Of a stretch of 64,000 bases of DNA, positions 28,982-41,400 are shown piece by piece. Position 1 is the first letter of the stretch. Each line of letters starts with the position of its first letter. The stretch comes from Catajapyx aquilonaris. Lineage: Eukaryota. The notes beneath the pieces were generated by a model. That model did no database searches, had not been told where the DNA came from, and worked only from the letters and a program-made list of their open reading frames with translations. The stretch is from positions 1 through 64,000 of the forward strand of contig JYFJ02000159.1 in assembly GCA_000934665.2 (NCBI GenBank). Direction: 5' to 3'. Position numbers and translations under genes: made by a program.

Positions 28982-31581
28982 GTCAGTCCTAATATTGCCA
29001 ATCTTTTTGCCCCTCTTCTTCACCCTCCCCCCTCTCTCTCTCTCTGGAACCTATCTATCTCCCGGCTATTGGCCAACGAAGGGGCAGGGGGTGGTTTGCC
29101 CCGTGCCCTTCCTCATCGGGGGGCTCAAACTTTTATCTTAAAACAACTCCCCCCCTCTCCCCCTCTCACCCTCCCCGGCTTTGCTTTTCGGTGGGAGGGG
29201 GATTGCTGCCTCTTTGCAGGTGCAGTCATAAAACACCCTCACACTGGAGCCCGACGGAGGAACGACGCTTCTTTAGGACGGATCTTCCGGACACAGTACA
29301 GTAGGTTTCTCTTCTTTTTGTTTCGGGGGTTGGTTGGTGGGGAAGGGTTTGGTTGGAATGCATGGAGGATGGGGGGGGGACTAGGCCCAGGTGCCAGCTG
29401 TTTCGGATGGCATGGCAAGGGGATGGGAGGAAGTGGGGCTTCTTGCACTTGCGGTTGGACCAGGAGGGATGTGTAGAAATCACTGGTGTCCTGCCTGCAC
29501 AGCTTGCAGTGGTCGTGAGAGGGCCTTTCTGATGCGGAAGGATGTACCAGATGTAGCGCAGTGGACATCGCACCGCTTTCTAGTACTGAATGTGGTATCG
29601 CAGGTTTGCATCATGGCATTGGAAAGAGCCAGTTTAAACAGGCAATCTTAAGATCCGATGACTCAAAATAATAAGAGCAAGATGGCTTACCATTTGGCTG
29701 AGATCTGGTTGTATCGAAACACGTTAAGGACAAAAATTTGTATGAATTTTGCGATTGAAGCTTATTTCATGGCTGTTCAGTTGTACATTTTGGTGATTGC
29801 AATGCCAATAATGCCTATTTTACCAACCTAGCTCAGCATTTACTGTCCTTTTGTCGAGGGACATATTCGCATGGAAGTTTTGTGTCCCGATAAAGTTTGC
29901 TGTCGTGTCCAGTCTGGCATCGTAGAAATGGGAATGAGAAGAGCATTGTAGGCAATATTGATACTCTCTTCCCAAGACTGCATGTAACATTGCTGATGAG
30001 GTAACTGTTTTCCACTGTATAGTGATGCATGCCAGTGAGGCAATTACAAGCTTCTGCTTATCTGACCTTTAGTAATTAGTTTAGGCCTCGTCTCAGATCA
30101 TGCTTGCATAATATGGCAATAATATCTCCGCATACAAACAATGTTCATGTGCTTTCAGATGTTTTAAACTATATTATGACATGGCTGATTATTTGCATAG
30201 ACTACTTCTATTACCATACAATGCTTTAAGGTAACTCCTGATAGTATCCAACTGTTAAACATCAGAAACAGCAGTTCTCTTCGCAGGGCTTGCTATAAAT
30301 GGTTTATTCCAGAGTTAACAGTAATAAGCACCCATCATGTGGAAAAGGTACCTGGCAGTAGCGGTTAATGCATTCACCATTATTTTCACAGCTTTGTGGC
30401 TTTTAAATTGTGGGAGGAAATCAAATAATGTGAGAACATTGCTGCAAGCATAATCTAAAGCACTTCCAGTCTTTCCCCTGTGGGAAATACTTTGTAATTG
30501 AGGGGTTAGCTTCACCTCTTTGAAGTGTACATCTGATTATGAGACCTTTGATGTAGTATGTGTGGTACCATGTCCGTAAATTTTCCATATGGTAGCGTTG
30601 GGAGTCAACTCATGTGATGGCAAAATGTATGCCTGATTACTCAAGTGACTTGGGTACAACAATTTCAGGTCCTGATTTTTTGCTTATTAAGTCTTGTTAT
30701 TGGAAAAGTGCTACATTTTTTTAAATGTGAGAATTTCATGATCATGAAGATGCATTTGCCATGTCATCGCAATAGTTAAGTACGCTGAAAGGGTATCACT
30801 TACACATTTTATGCTACTCGGAGTTTTTATAAACTTTTTGAAGATAATCTTTTTGCCAATAATGGGCCTTTTTTTGGTTGTTTAACTTGACTAATTAAAT
30901 ATATTTTCTATCGTGCAAACAGTTGTACATTACACGTCATACCAAACCTTATTTAGAGTAACAAATTCTTCATTGTTTACTGACTTGGGTGTAGTTTGGG
31001 ATATATCTGGCTTTGAAAGATAGAGCATGTGGGTAATAAGGTTTGTAAGTCAGTTGTAGCAACATAAATATAATTTAACCTGTGCACACATGAAGCATAT
31101 CCCATTCCTGCTGGTCAGCCATGATGGAAGCAAACCTTTACTTTAACAATAGGAGGCCAGATTTGCGTGGCATGAGAAAGGAGGGGGCAATTTAGGTGAC
31201 TGCATGTAGTGCATCAGATAGCAGAGCTTGAATAGACAGGAAGGGTGTCAGTTTTTGGTGCCAAGTAAGAAGATGCACAACTTCCCCCCCACTCACTCCC
31301 CAGCCTCATCCAGTCCCCCCTCTACACAGCTGACTTCATGTAACTGGCATGACCCAGTTCTTGGATTACTTTGGGGTGAAGGGATAGAAAACGCATTCAC
31401 TTGTTCAGTCAGGCCATCCCTCCGGCTGCATTGATCCCATTGGAAATTATTGAACCGATTCTCTTATGAAAAAGTACTGAGCCTATTTAGGGAGATATTT
31501 TAGAAAGGCAAGGAGCGGTAGTGCAGGGCAACTGTGGCAACTTCTACGTCACGATAAAAAGGGAGTGTGCATTGGAAAAAA

Positions 31582-31743
31582 CAGTGTGAAGATGATGACT
31601 ACTAGGTGACGAGGCTGAATCAGGTCACGTGGCCCCGGGTGGCTTTAACTGCAGCCAAGTTTTTTGGAGGTGGTGCCAGCCTCTGGGGCCTGGGCTTGAA
31701 TATGGTGAAACCATATTGGCTACAAAACAACTGATTCACACTG
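31582..31743 (+). ncRNA. Box C/D snoRNA, U15/snR75-like (copy 1), predicted LSU rRNA Gm guide
   Basis: 9-bp terminal stem CAGTGTGAA/TTCACACTG, box C ATGATGA (31592), guide TAGGTGACGAGG then box D' CTGA (31615), internal hairpin, C' ATGGTGA, TTGGCTAC element, box D CTGA (31731); paralog at 38169-38331. Confidence 0.85.
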
Positions 31744-33899
31744 CCAGTAAAGCGTTTGGCTAACATAATGTGCACAAATTATGTTTGTTTGCTGAAAAAT
31801 GCATGAGGTGCTCCCCTCCTCGTCCCCGATCTTGATTTGGCTTGACCTCAAAAGTCAATCTGATGCAATATTGATATGGACCAAATCCTAGTCTGCATTT
31901 CTCTGAAGAGATAATAGCTACTGGTCAGCACAAAATACACGCAATTTTCTACCAGGCCTTCCAGATATCCATCTGGTTATACTGAAAACTTCAGTAACAA
32001 TCAGCCCGTGTACCTTGTGTACTGGCATGATCCCAACGGTTCCAAGGTTGCAGGCCCTCCCCTGGTTATCTAATATAGACCACTGTTGCCTATTGGCCAG
32101 GAGTATTTTGCAGGTTATTTGAATTTCTCAACGGACATGCTTCAGATATTGTGGATCAATTTTTGTGATGGTAGTGATTTAGAAAAGGGCAGCTGAAAGA
32201 CTTGCATGCATAATGGCCAAGGGAGTTTTGATGTCTGGTCCTCCGGGAGCTTATCAATTCCTGTTCCTTTCAGCTGCTAAATGTTAGCTGGGAGTGATAT
32301 ATGCATGAATCATGAGTGATAGGAGCCCTTCATGACCAGTGACTGACTAGGAACAGGTTCATGGGTCACTTGAAATTTGTCAATTATCACACTACTAGTG
32401 CTGAAGTGACATTCCAACTTGATTAGAAAATGACGTGTTCGTTGATGACTGGAATTATGGAATGCAAGTTTTAATAAAAAGGGTACAATGTGCAGTGACA
32501 CCATTGGATATATGATTTATGCCCTTTCATTTGCAGTTCATTAGATATTGCCAATGGGAGGATGTGTGAGGGTGGAAACCTAGGCTTTTTTTTTTTTTTT
32601 TTAGGTGGGTGTCCATCTGTAATTGATCTATTGAAATCACTAGTAACTAGGTAGTTGGAAAATTTTATAGAACAGTTTTCTTCCCTCTATCCCCCTGTCA
32701 GACTTGGCTACCAATTTAGTGTATTTTGCTCTTGTCCTGAAGTAACTGAAAGTATGTTAAGTAGAATCTGATATGAAAATTTGCCAGTAGAAGTTGTGCT
32801 TTGCATGTGATTAATGCATTAAGTAGCCCTCTTCAAACTGAATTGGGATTCGTGAGCAGTTTATCTAAACATCACCCCACCCAGTTCCTCTGAATACATG
32901 AACTTGGTTAGTTATCAAATTTCTCTGGACAAGGCTGCAAGCTAGCATGTAGATACTGGATGTTATTAAAATACTATTTCAAGTACCATTGGCATGAACT
33001 GCCCAGAAACTTTAAAAGAATTGCCCCTTTTTTAACATTTTACCAACTAGTTGGGGAGAAATGAATGTACTGTAATGCTGGTAGGTGTGTGTTGCAGGAC
33101 ATGACTATGCACCACTTTGTCACTGACGCCATTTTAGCCTCGGGGATTTTGTTGGCCTTGGCTTCTCCAGTGAAGAAAACTGAATATGGAGCCACCTGTC
33201 AGGTGCTGCTTGCAGTTTTCCACCAGGTGTTATACTGATTTTGCAATTATGGGGCTTCAATACCCATGCACCGAAGAATGTGAAATTTCTTAGCCGTGGA
33301 AACTGATCATCTTTTAAGTTGTAAGTTTGATGATGCACGAAGTAAAATGGAAAGGATTTGTGTGTGACCTTTCATGCAGCACTTCCAACAAATTTAAATG
33401 CTGAAAAGCTACACCTAGTAAATCAAGCGGAAGAGTAGGACAATTTTGGCTTGTAACCCACTTTGAGCATGTGTAAACTCTGTAACCAACACTATTTGAG
33501 GCTAGTGTGACTTGTCCAGTTTTCTTGTTGCAAACAAAACAAATTGATTTTGTTTTCAGTTTTCCATAATTCTGCAATATTGCATTTAGTGCCAATGACA
33601 AGATCAGTTGGGGCTGTTAACCATTGCCCATGAGAATAGGCAGAATAGTTTATGTTCTACCTTGCATCATATGCATCGAGTCCCAAAAGTTGCCTCGTGT
33701 ATAAGAAATATCCCACAATCCACTGAGCCGAGATTGCACCAAGGTTGAATGGTACTGTGGACTGCATGCACTAAGCCAGTGGTTTGCCACAGATCCAATT
33801 CTCCAATACTTTTTTAAAATTTAATTATCTAAATTTTATTATTTTTAACGTGACCCTGTGATAGGGCCAGAGGCCCTCTTAGGGGATTTTCCATTCAAA

Positions 33900-34136
33900 T
33901 TGTCTGTAATTTTCCTTCAATCACCGGTGTAAGGAATCAAGGACATACGGATATGGATTTTTGGGTGCAAGTGCAATGTCTGATAAGGGGCCATGTGCTG
34001 TTCCTCAGGACGTTAGGTTGCCAGGCACCTCCAAGGTATGGGTCAGAGACCCTCCTGACTCAAGTGAAAGGGAGCGAACCTGGGACATTTCACTCAGCAA
34101 GCTGAGACGTTACCATCTCGGCCACCCACCTCCCCC
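33900..34136 (-). mobile_element. tRNA-derived SINE, second copy of the 27712 family
   Basis: Reverse complement reads GGGGGAGGTGGGTGGCCGAGATGGTAACGTCTCAGCTTGC...CCCAGGTTCG...GGCAACCT...CACCGGTGAT, collinear with 27712-27990. Confidence 0.8.
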
Positions 34137-34195
34137 ATTCATCAATACTAACTTATAAACCGAAAAGGATTCTCAGAGCATATTTGTCATACATA

Positions 34196-34578
34196 CAGGG
34201 TGTTCAGAGTCACGGGTCAAGCGCACGCGAGGGGGTGGGAAAAAATCGTAGGTGGCGACAACCCCGGTCGGTTTTATAAAACACACGGTACTGTACAGTA
34301 GTACACTGATTTGTATGGTACCCTACCGGTATAGCATGAGAGCTCCTTTTTCAGTGCAACCCGCAAGGCTAAAAAGCCGTTCAACCAGGTTCAACCCACT
34401 GCACCTGCCGGTGCGCACCAGTCCATTCGAATAGAAAGGATGTGACGTCACGCTATAATAAAATAATTGATTACTCCCGTATTTTTAATTGTTTTATAAA
34501 ACCGACCGGGATTGTCGCCACCTACGATTTTTCCCCACCCCCTCGCACGCGCTTGACCTGTGGCTCGGAAACACCTTG
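34196..34578. mobile_element. Tc1/mariner MITE with ~85-bp TIRs
   Basis: TA-CAGGGTGTT...GGTCGGTTTTATAAAACA and its near-perfect reverse complement at 34488-34578 followed by TA. Confidence 0.9.
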
Positions 34579-34861
34579 TATTGTCATACAAGAAAGAAGA
34601 AACCTTTGTCTAGAATTTCCCCCAGACTAGAGCAACTAAGCTACAGATAAGTTTACACGTATGAAAATACTGAAAGGAATGAAATGGGCATAAAGTGAAC
34701 TGAGATTTTACTGAAAAAGTTGACTAATACTGAAGAAGTTGCATTTTGAATATTTTAAAGATGAGATATGCAGCATATCCCATCGAGCTAGTGCTGGTAT
34801 GGTTCACACAGGGTTGTTGAGCATGCAAGCTAAGGGGTGGTTCACATTGTAGCCAGATGTA

Positions 34862-35059
34862 CAGTCACGAGCGTAAAGGTAGACCAGAGCTCATTCTCTG
34901 CCCGGGGCTCCTTGCACGACTTCTGTCCCTCACGAACAGCACCAGTGTAGGCTTGCTAGTCTAGGATACGTCGAGAACCCAGTCTGTGTCATGATGACAC
35001 TTGCTGCTCCTTTACTTGCAAGGGTAGTACTACTGTCCACATCTTTATGCTCACGACTG
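34862..35059. mobile_element. Short Tc1-like MITE
   Basis: TA-flanked imperfect TIRs CAGTCACGAGCGTAAAG / CTTTATGCTCACGACTG. Confidence 0.65.
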
Positions 35060-35487
35060 TACCCATCCAGGATCTTGATCATGGAAGGAATCCTTCCTGC
35101 CTGCCCTCCTTACAGCAGCCAGTCACATTATTTATCTTGGCAAGTTGCTAGGTAACCATTCATCTAATCTTGTGTGTGCAATTTCTTAAGTAATGATTAT
35201 TTTGTAAACAGCAAAGTGATAATGTTTGTCTCGCAGCAATTTAGTGATACGCCAGTATTTTTCCAGAGTTTCTGTTTTTCTGCCTCTCTCCCTCCAATTT
35301 GACATGCCATCAGTTGTTGCTAACAGGAAAGTAGTGACACATGCCAGTCATTCAAAACCAGATATTATTACACAAAGATGAGGCACATTATTTCAACCTC
35401 AAGCGCCCTGAAGCGCCTTTAATGACAATGAACTACATATTTCTGGCATACTATATTTGCAGTGTACTGTAACGACTTGGCGAGAAA

Positions 35488-38400
35488 ATGGACTCTGCCC
35501 TTCTGCAGCAAGCAGTAATGGATGGTACTGACGGGGAGGTGGCCTATGAGCCTACAACCTACAGCTATGATGAAGTGTTTCCCGCCCTGCCGCAGCTGAC
35601 ATGTGCATCTCAGAGCAACTCAAACCCTCTGGGACAATGGAATCAGAAGATGAGGATTGGATCATCTGTGATCACACAGGTGGGACAATAGGCATGAATA
35701 CATCACAAATTGGGCTGACTTTCAGACAATTTCGTGTCTCTTTTGCAATGTTCCTGTCTCATGACACGTAATTTGCAAGACCTCATTTCATATTTAGGAT
35801 GCAGACACGTGCAAGGTCATTTCATTTGAAATTTTGTTATCAGGTGTTCCATGTTCCTTACGAAGAGAGGAAGTTGGACCACATTGAGAAGTTTGGGGGC
35901 GATGGTGATTCAATGAAGACTTGCGCAGACATAATGAAGGAAACAAGTGCCAACATAGAAATCTCATCGTCCAAGGATCACTCGCTCACCTTCGTAGTGA
36001 CAGGAAAACAGGACGCTGTGTTGAAGGCTCGTAGGGCAATCCTCAATCACTTCCAGACACAGGTGAGTCGTACGAACCTTTATAGCAATTTCCATGTGCT
36101 GACAATTTTTGAATGTTCCAGGCCAATTCAACCATCTCAATACCCAAGGAACATCATCGCTACATCCTAGGCAAAAGTGGAACCAGGTTACAGGAACTCG
36201 AGAAGTCTACCTCTACAAAGATTTCAATCCCAAAAGCCACTGACCCATCAGACAAAATCAACATTGCTGGACCAAAAGAAGGCATTGACAAGGCTATCCA
36301 TGAAATACGTGTTATTTCTGATGAACAGGTTTGTTTTCAAGACATGCATTCAAATTTGCCATTCTGTGAAAGAAAGCCATAAGTTCCAGGCATTTCAGCT
36401 CTAGGAAGTCAGGAAATTGGTTGGAATATCTGCACATTCATGCATGCATGCTTTATGGTTTAATGTAGAGATTGCAGTAACTGCTACATAGGACAGCAGC
36501 TTTTTACCTCTTTATCATGTGCTTAATGGAGCTGGTTGAATGTTTGGATTAAACATTTGCCTCCTCGTCCTTTCATTTCCAGTCGAAACAGGCATATGAA
36601 TGCTTGGAGATACCAAAACCCTACCACCCATTCATTGCTGTGGCACACACTGTGTCCAGCTTGCCTGCCGAGACGGGTGTAAGGATTAACATTCCTCCGC
36701 TGTCAGTGCATAAGGATGAAATCACAATTGCGGGTGAGAAGGAGGGTGTCTTGAGAGCTAAGGAAGCAATCATGAAGGTGTTTGATGAAATGGTGAGTGT
36801 AGAACAGTCCCTCTTTCCATGTGTATTTGGATTTGGTTTTGTCAAGTAGGCAGAAAAAGGCAATTCTAAGTGGAAAGGCTTGACTTTGAGATGCTTTAGC
36901 AAGTATTACATTAATGTAATAAATTTATTAACAAGGTCTACATAGTGCGGCTTACATTATATTTCCTGTAGATAAAACAGTCATAATGGGGTCCTAGACT
37001 TGGACTGGTATTTGGGATTTTTGCTCATAAATAGCGAGCCCGTGGACGTATCTACGCCTGCATTCCCCTGCCAAACATAATGTAGGTTGAGCCCGAAAAA
37101 GCTGCGGCTTGTGTCCCCAACACAACCTAGTGTTATTTTTTCACTCCCTTCGGCACACAGCGGGGTGGGTTTGCCCCGGGGCGACCTGCCCGCCCTCCGA
37201 ACCGAGCTCTGCGAGGGTCTGGCACCGCAGGCACCAGGAATAGGACGGTTGCTAACAACAACGAAGCATTTTACGACAATACCGGGGCGCATTTTATAAC
37301 ATCATTCTTGCCTTCATTTCACTTTGCTTGACGTCAACATTTCGCTAGGATTCAGTGGCATCACCAGATCCTACCGAAAAAACCCCAATATCTCCGGAAC
37401 TGAAACTGATTTCTTAAAACAAAATACGCCAAAAAAATCCAAAAAATAGGGCCGAATTTATTATGTAGCCTAGTTTCCAAAGTGAAAGCTAGGACCCCAT
37501 AGTTACTTGCACTTACTGGGCATTAAGTTGCTGTGGTAATGTTTTGATTTGTGCATTTGAGTAGAAAGCTAAATAACGAGAATGTATTAGAACGGTGAAT
37601 TCAATTTTTCAGCAACAAAAATGTGCCACTGTATCGGTGGAAGTGAAGAAAACTCAGCACAAATATGTGGTTGGGCCTCGTGGGAGCACTATTGCTGAGA
37701 TCCTGCATGAGACTGGTGTCAGTGTTGAGATGCCCCCTAACGACTCAGTATGTGAAACTATAACGCTGCGTGGGCCACAAGATAAGTTAGGGATAGGTAA
37801 GTTTGCATAAGTTATTTTGCTGAATGAAATTAGCATTCTGAGGTTTGCAAAATTTTTCACAGCATTGACGAAGGTATATGAGAAAGCATCAAGTGTCACC
37901 AGCAAGGAAGTGAATGCTCCCTCATGGATTCACAAGTACATCATTGGAAAGAAAGGGATGAGCATTAAGCAGATTACACAAGATGTTCATAAGGTAAGGA
38001 AAGTTGCAGTTGTAAATGGGAGGTAGATGGTGAAATGCAAGGCAGATGTTGCATTTTAAAATGCCATGTAATTTGTACATCATAGTTACAATTTTGTGAT
38101 AAACACAGGCATATGTTATGGCATATAAAGTTCTGTAGGTGGTAGTGTATGCTTTTTTTAAAACACTGCAGTGCATATATGATGATTCCTAGGTGACGAG
38201 GCTGACTCAGATTGCATTGGTACAAGGGTGGACCTTCTTCCCAAGTACTTTGGGAGGTTTGGAAAGCCTTTGAATCAGGCCCTGAGATGAAGAAAACAGC
38301 ATTGGCTACAATTTCTACCTGATATGCACTGATAATAATGAGCAAGTGCTTATTTTATAACTGGTTTTTAGCTTGTATGGTGCTATATTTTAATTTGCTA

Positions 38401-41400
38401 GAAATCCACGAGGTTGTCCATGTTCTTGGTGGTCCTCTTTCAACCATCAATGCAAGTACACTTTGCTATTAATAAATTGTGAAGCAGGAGACTTGTGTAT
38501 TAGAATATTAAATTTTTGCCCATGATTTGAAGATAACTGACGAATTCCTTTTGTTATGCTGCAGGTCCATGTGGAGTTCACTGACAATGAAGACAAGATC
38601 AAGATTGAGGGCCCGCCTGAAGAAGTTGAGCAGGTGCGCAAGGCCTTGGAAGAGAGGACCCTGGAGCTTCTGAATGAGCTTATTTATGAAGAGATAGCAG
38701 TAGATCCTCGTTTCCATAAACACATAATTGGGAAGAGTGGTGCCAATATTAATCGACTGAAGGAGGAAACCAGGGTCACCATCGTAATCCCAGACAACGA
38801 ATCAAATGGGAGCATCCGCATAGAAGGGAGCAAGGACGGGGTTACTCGAGCAAGGCAAGAGTTGGAGGATATGGTCAAGAAGTTGGAGAATGAAAAGGAA
38901 AAGGACATCAAAATAGATCAACGCTTCCACAAGAACATTATTGGTGCTAAGGGAGAGAAGATCAGGGAGATTCGGGACCGTTTCAATCAGGTAGGAGCCT
39001 CATGCCACAAGAGTAACCAATTTGTAACATTCAACATAACAAGTAGTGGGACTCTCAGAGGCCATTGATGTCTTTTTTAAATGACAATGAATCTGGAACA
39101 ATGTGCACTAAATTTAAGAAAAAAGCATGGTTAGCATTCATGATAGTGGTGTAATCAGAGGCCTCGTTGTATTGCCTGTTTGGTTGTAAGGCAAAAGCCT
39201 GCATAGGTGGCAAGTTATATGCTGACAAAGTGAGATTGTCATTCCATGTGAGTTATGCAACACCAAAAATGATAGTATTAAACATCAGAAAATGTGTCTT
39301 CTTTCTCCTGGTCAGGTACAAATCACATTCCCCGACATCTCCGTGAAGCATGATGTAGTGAAGATTCGTGGACCTAAGCCAGACGTGGATGAGTGCTACA
39401 AATATCTTATGCGGCTTACCAGTGAACTCCTGGAGAGCAGCTACCAGACGCAGGTGCCCATCTACAAGCAGTTCCACAAGTTCATCATTGGGAAGGGTGG
39501 TGCCAACATCCGCAAGATCCGGGATGAGACGGGGACTAGGATCGACCTGCCTGCAGAAGGGTCAGATAGCGATGTGATCAAGATCACTGGGAAGAAGGAG
39601 AATGTGGAAGATGCCAAGGACCGGATACTTAAGATTCAGAATGAGCTGTCCAACATTGTGCAGGTGGACATCATGATCCCATGCAAGTTCCACAATTCGA
39701 TCATTGGCGTTGGGGGAAAGATGATCCAATCCATCATGGAGGACTGTGGTGGGGTCTCAATTAAGTTTCCACCCCATGAGAGCGGGAGCGACAAGGTGAC
39801 AGTGAGGGGTCCCAAGGAAGATGTGGACAAGGCCAAGAAGACCCTGCTGGAGCTCAGCAATGAGCGACAGCTGTCTAGCTACACTGTTGAGGTCAAGGCT
39901 AAGTGGGAGCACCACAAGTTTCTCATTGGGCGTAGTGGAGCCAACATCAAGAAGGTAAGGAGGCTGGACAGTTGGGTGAAGTCGGGCTACTAAAGGGCAA
40001 CTGATGGCATGCGACATGCATGAATAACGGGTGACACGAAGTGGAGGGGAGCCATTTTCATTGTGTAAGCCATGTGGCATAGAAGTCATGGAATTTATCT
40101 TTGTAGATGAATTCTAATTGTTACTCGTAATTAGTGTGGTCATCAGTTTCCTGGGAGTAGCCAAGTTGAAATGTGGAAGGAAAGCATTGCCTGTGATGAT
40201 AAATAACTGGCACCAGATTTGAATGACAGTGATTACAATAGTATTGTTAAATCTGAGGCAATCTGTGCATAATTAGGTTATGATTTAGGTATTTAAAAAT
40301 ACCCATTTATAAAAGGACCACTTTAAATCTATTCATTTAGATACGAGATGCAACTGGAGCCAGGGTAGTCTTCCCTAATGAAAATGATGAAAACAGAGAA
40401 GTGATCACAATAATGGGCAAGAAGGACTCTGTGGAGAAGGCAAAGATTGAGCTGGAAAACATCATAAAGGAGCTGGTGAGTTTTATTTTAGTTTACTAGA
40501 ATGTTGTAACTCAAGTGTAAAGCAATGTACGTAGGGACCTGGAATGACCATGTTGTGTTGTATTTCCTGTATATGAATACGGTAGGTTCAAGGTAGGTAG
40601 TTCACTTTCATTTTATTTTCAAAAAACTGTCGCAGTAAGAGTTATGGAGTAAATCACTCGCTGATCTCATCTGTCAGGACAAAGTGGTGGAAGCTGAGAT
40701 GACAGTGGACCGCAAGCACCACCGCCATTTTGTGGCTCGCAGGGGCGAAGTCCTGCGCCAGATTGCGGAGCTTTATGGGGGGGTGACTGTATCGTTCCCC
40801 AGAGCTGGATACAACAGTGACCTCGTTACTCTTAAGGGCGCCAAGGACTGTGTGGATGCAGCACAACTGAAAATACTAGAAATTGTTCAAGAATTGGTAT
40901 GTTGGGCCCACCACTTGCAATATTTTTGATTACTTATTCCAATATTAATTATTATTTGCTCTAATTTTCAGGAGCAAATGGTGACACTGGAGTGCATTAT
41001 TTCCCAGAAGTTCCATAGGACAGTGATGGGTGCTAAGGGAATGAAGGTGCAGGGAATTACAGCAGAGTTTGATGTGCAGATCAAGTTTCCAGACAAGGAT
41101 AATGGAGGTTTGTTTTTGCTCACGTGGAACTTAATGCATGTTTTTTTCTCCATTGAACATGTTCGGCACAGAACTAGGAAAGCTTTCAACGATGGTAAAG
41201 CCAAAATGATTAGTTGATTAACTGGTCACTTTTTAAACTACAAGGTTTAACCACAGGAAATGGAGTTGTGGTAATTGCTTTCTCGATTGCTCCGTAATTG
41301 TGATGCTGAAATGGGTTGTTATAGAACAAGATGAGGAAGAGATGCAAATGAATGGGGATTGTGATGGCACAGAGCCGAAAAAATGCGACATCATCCGCAT

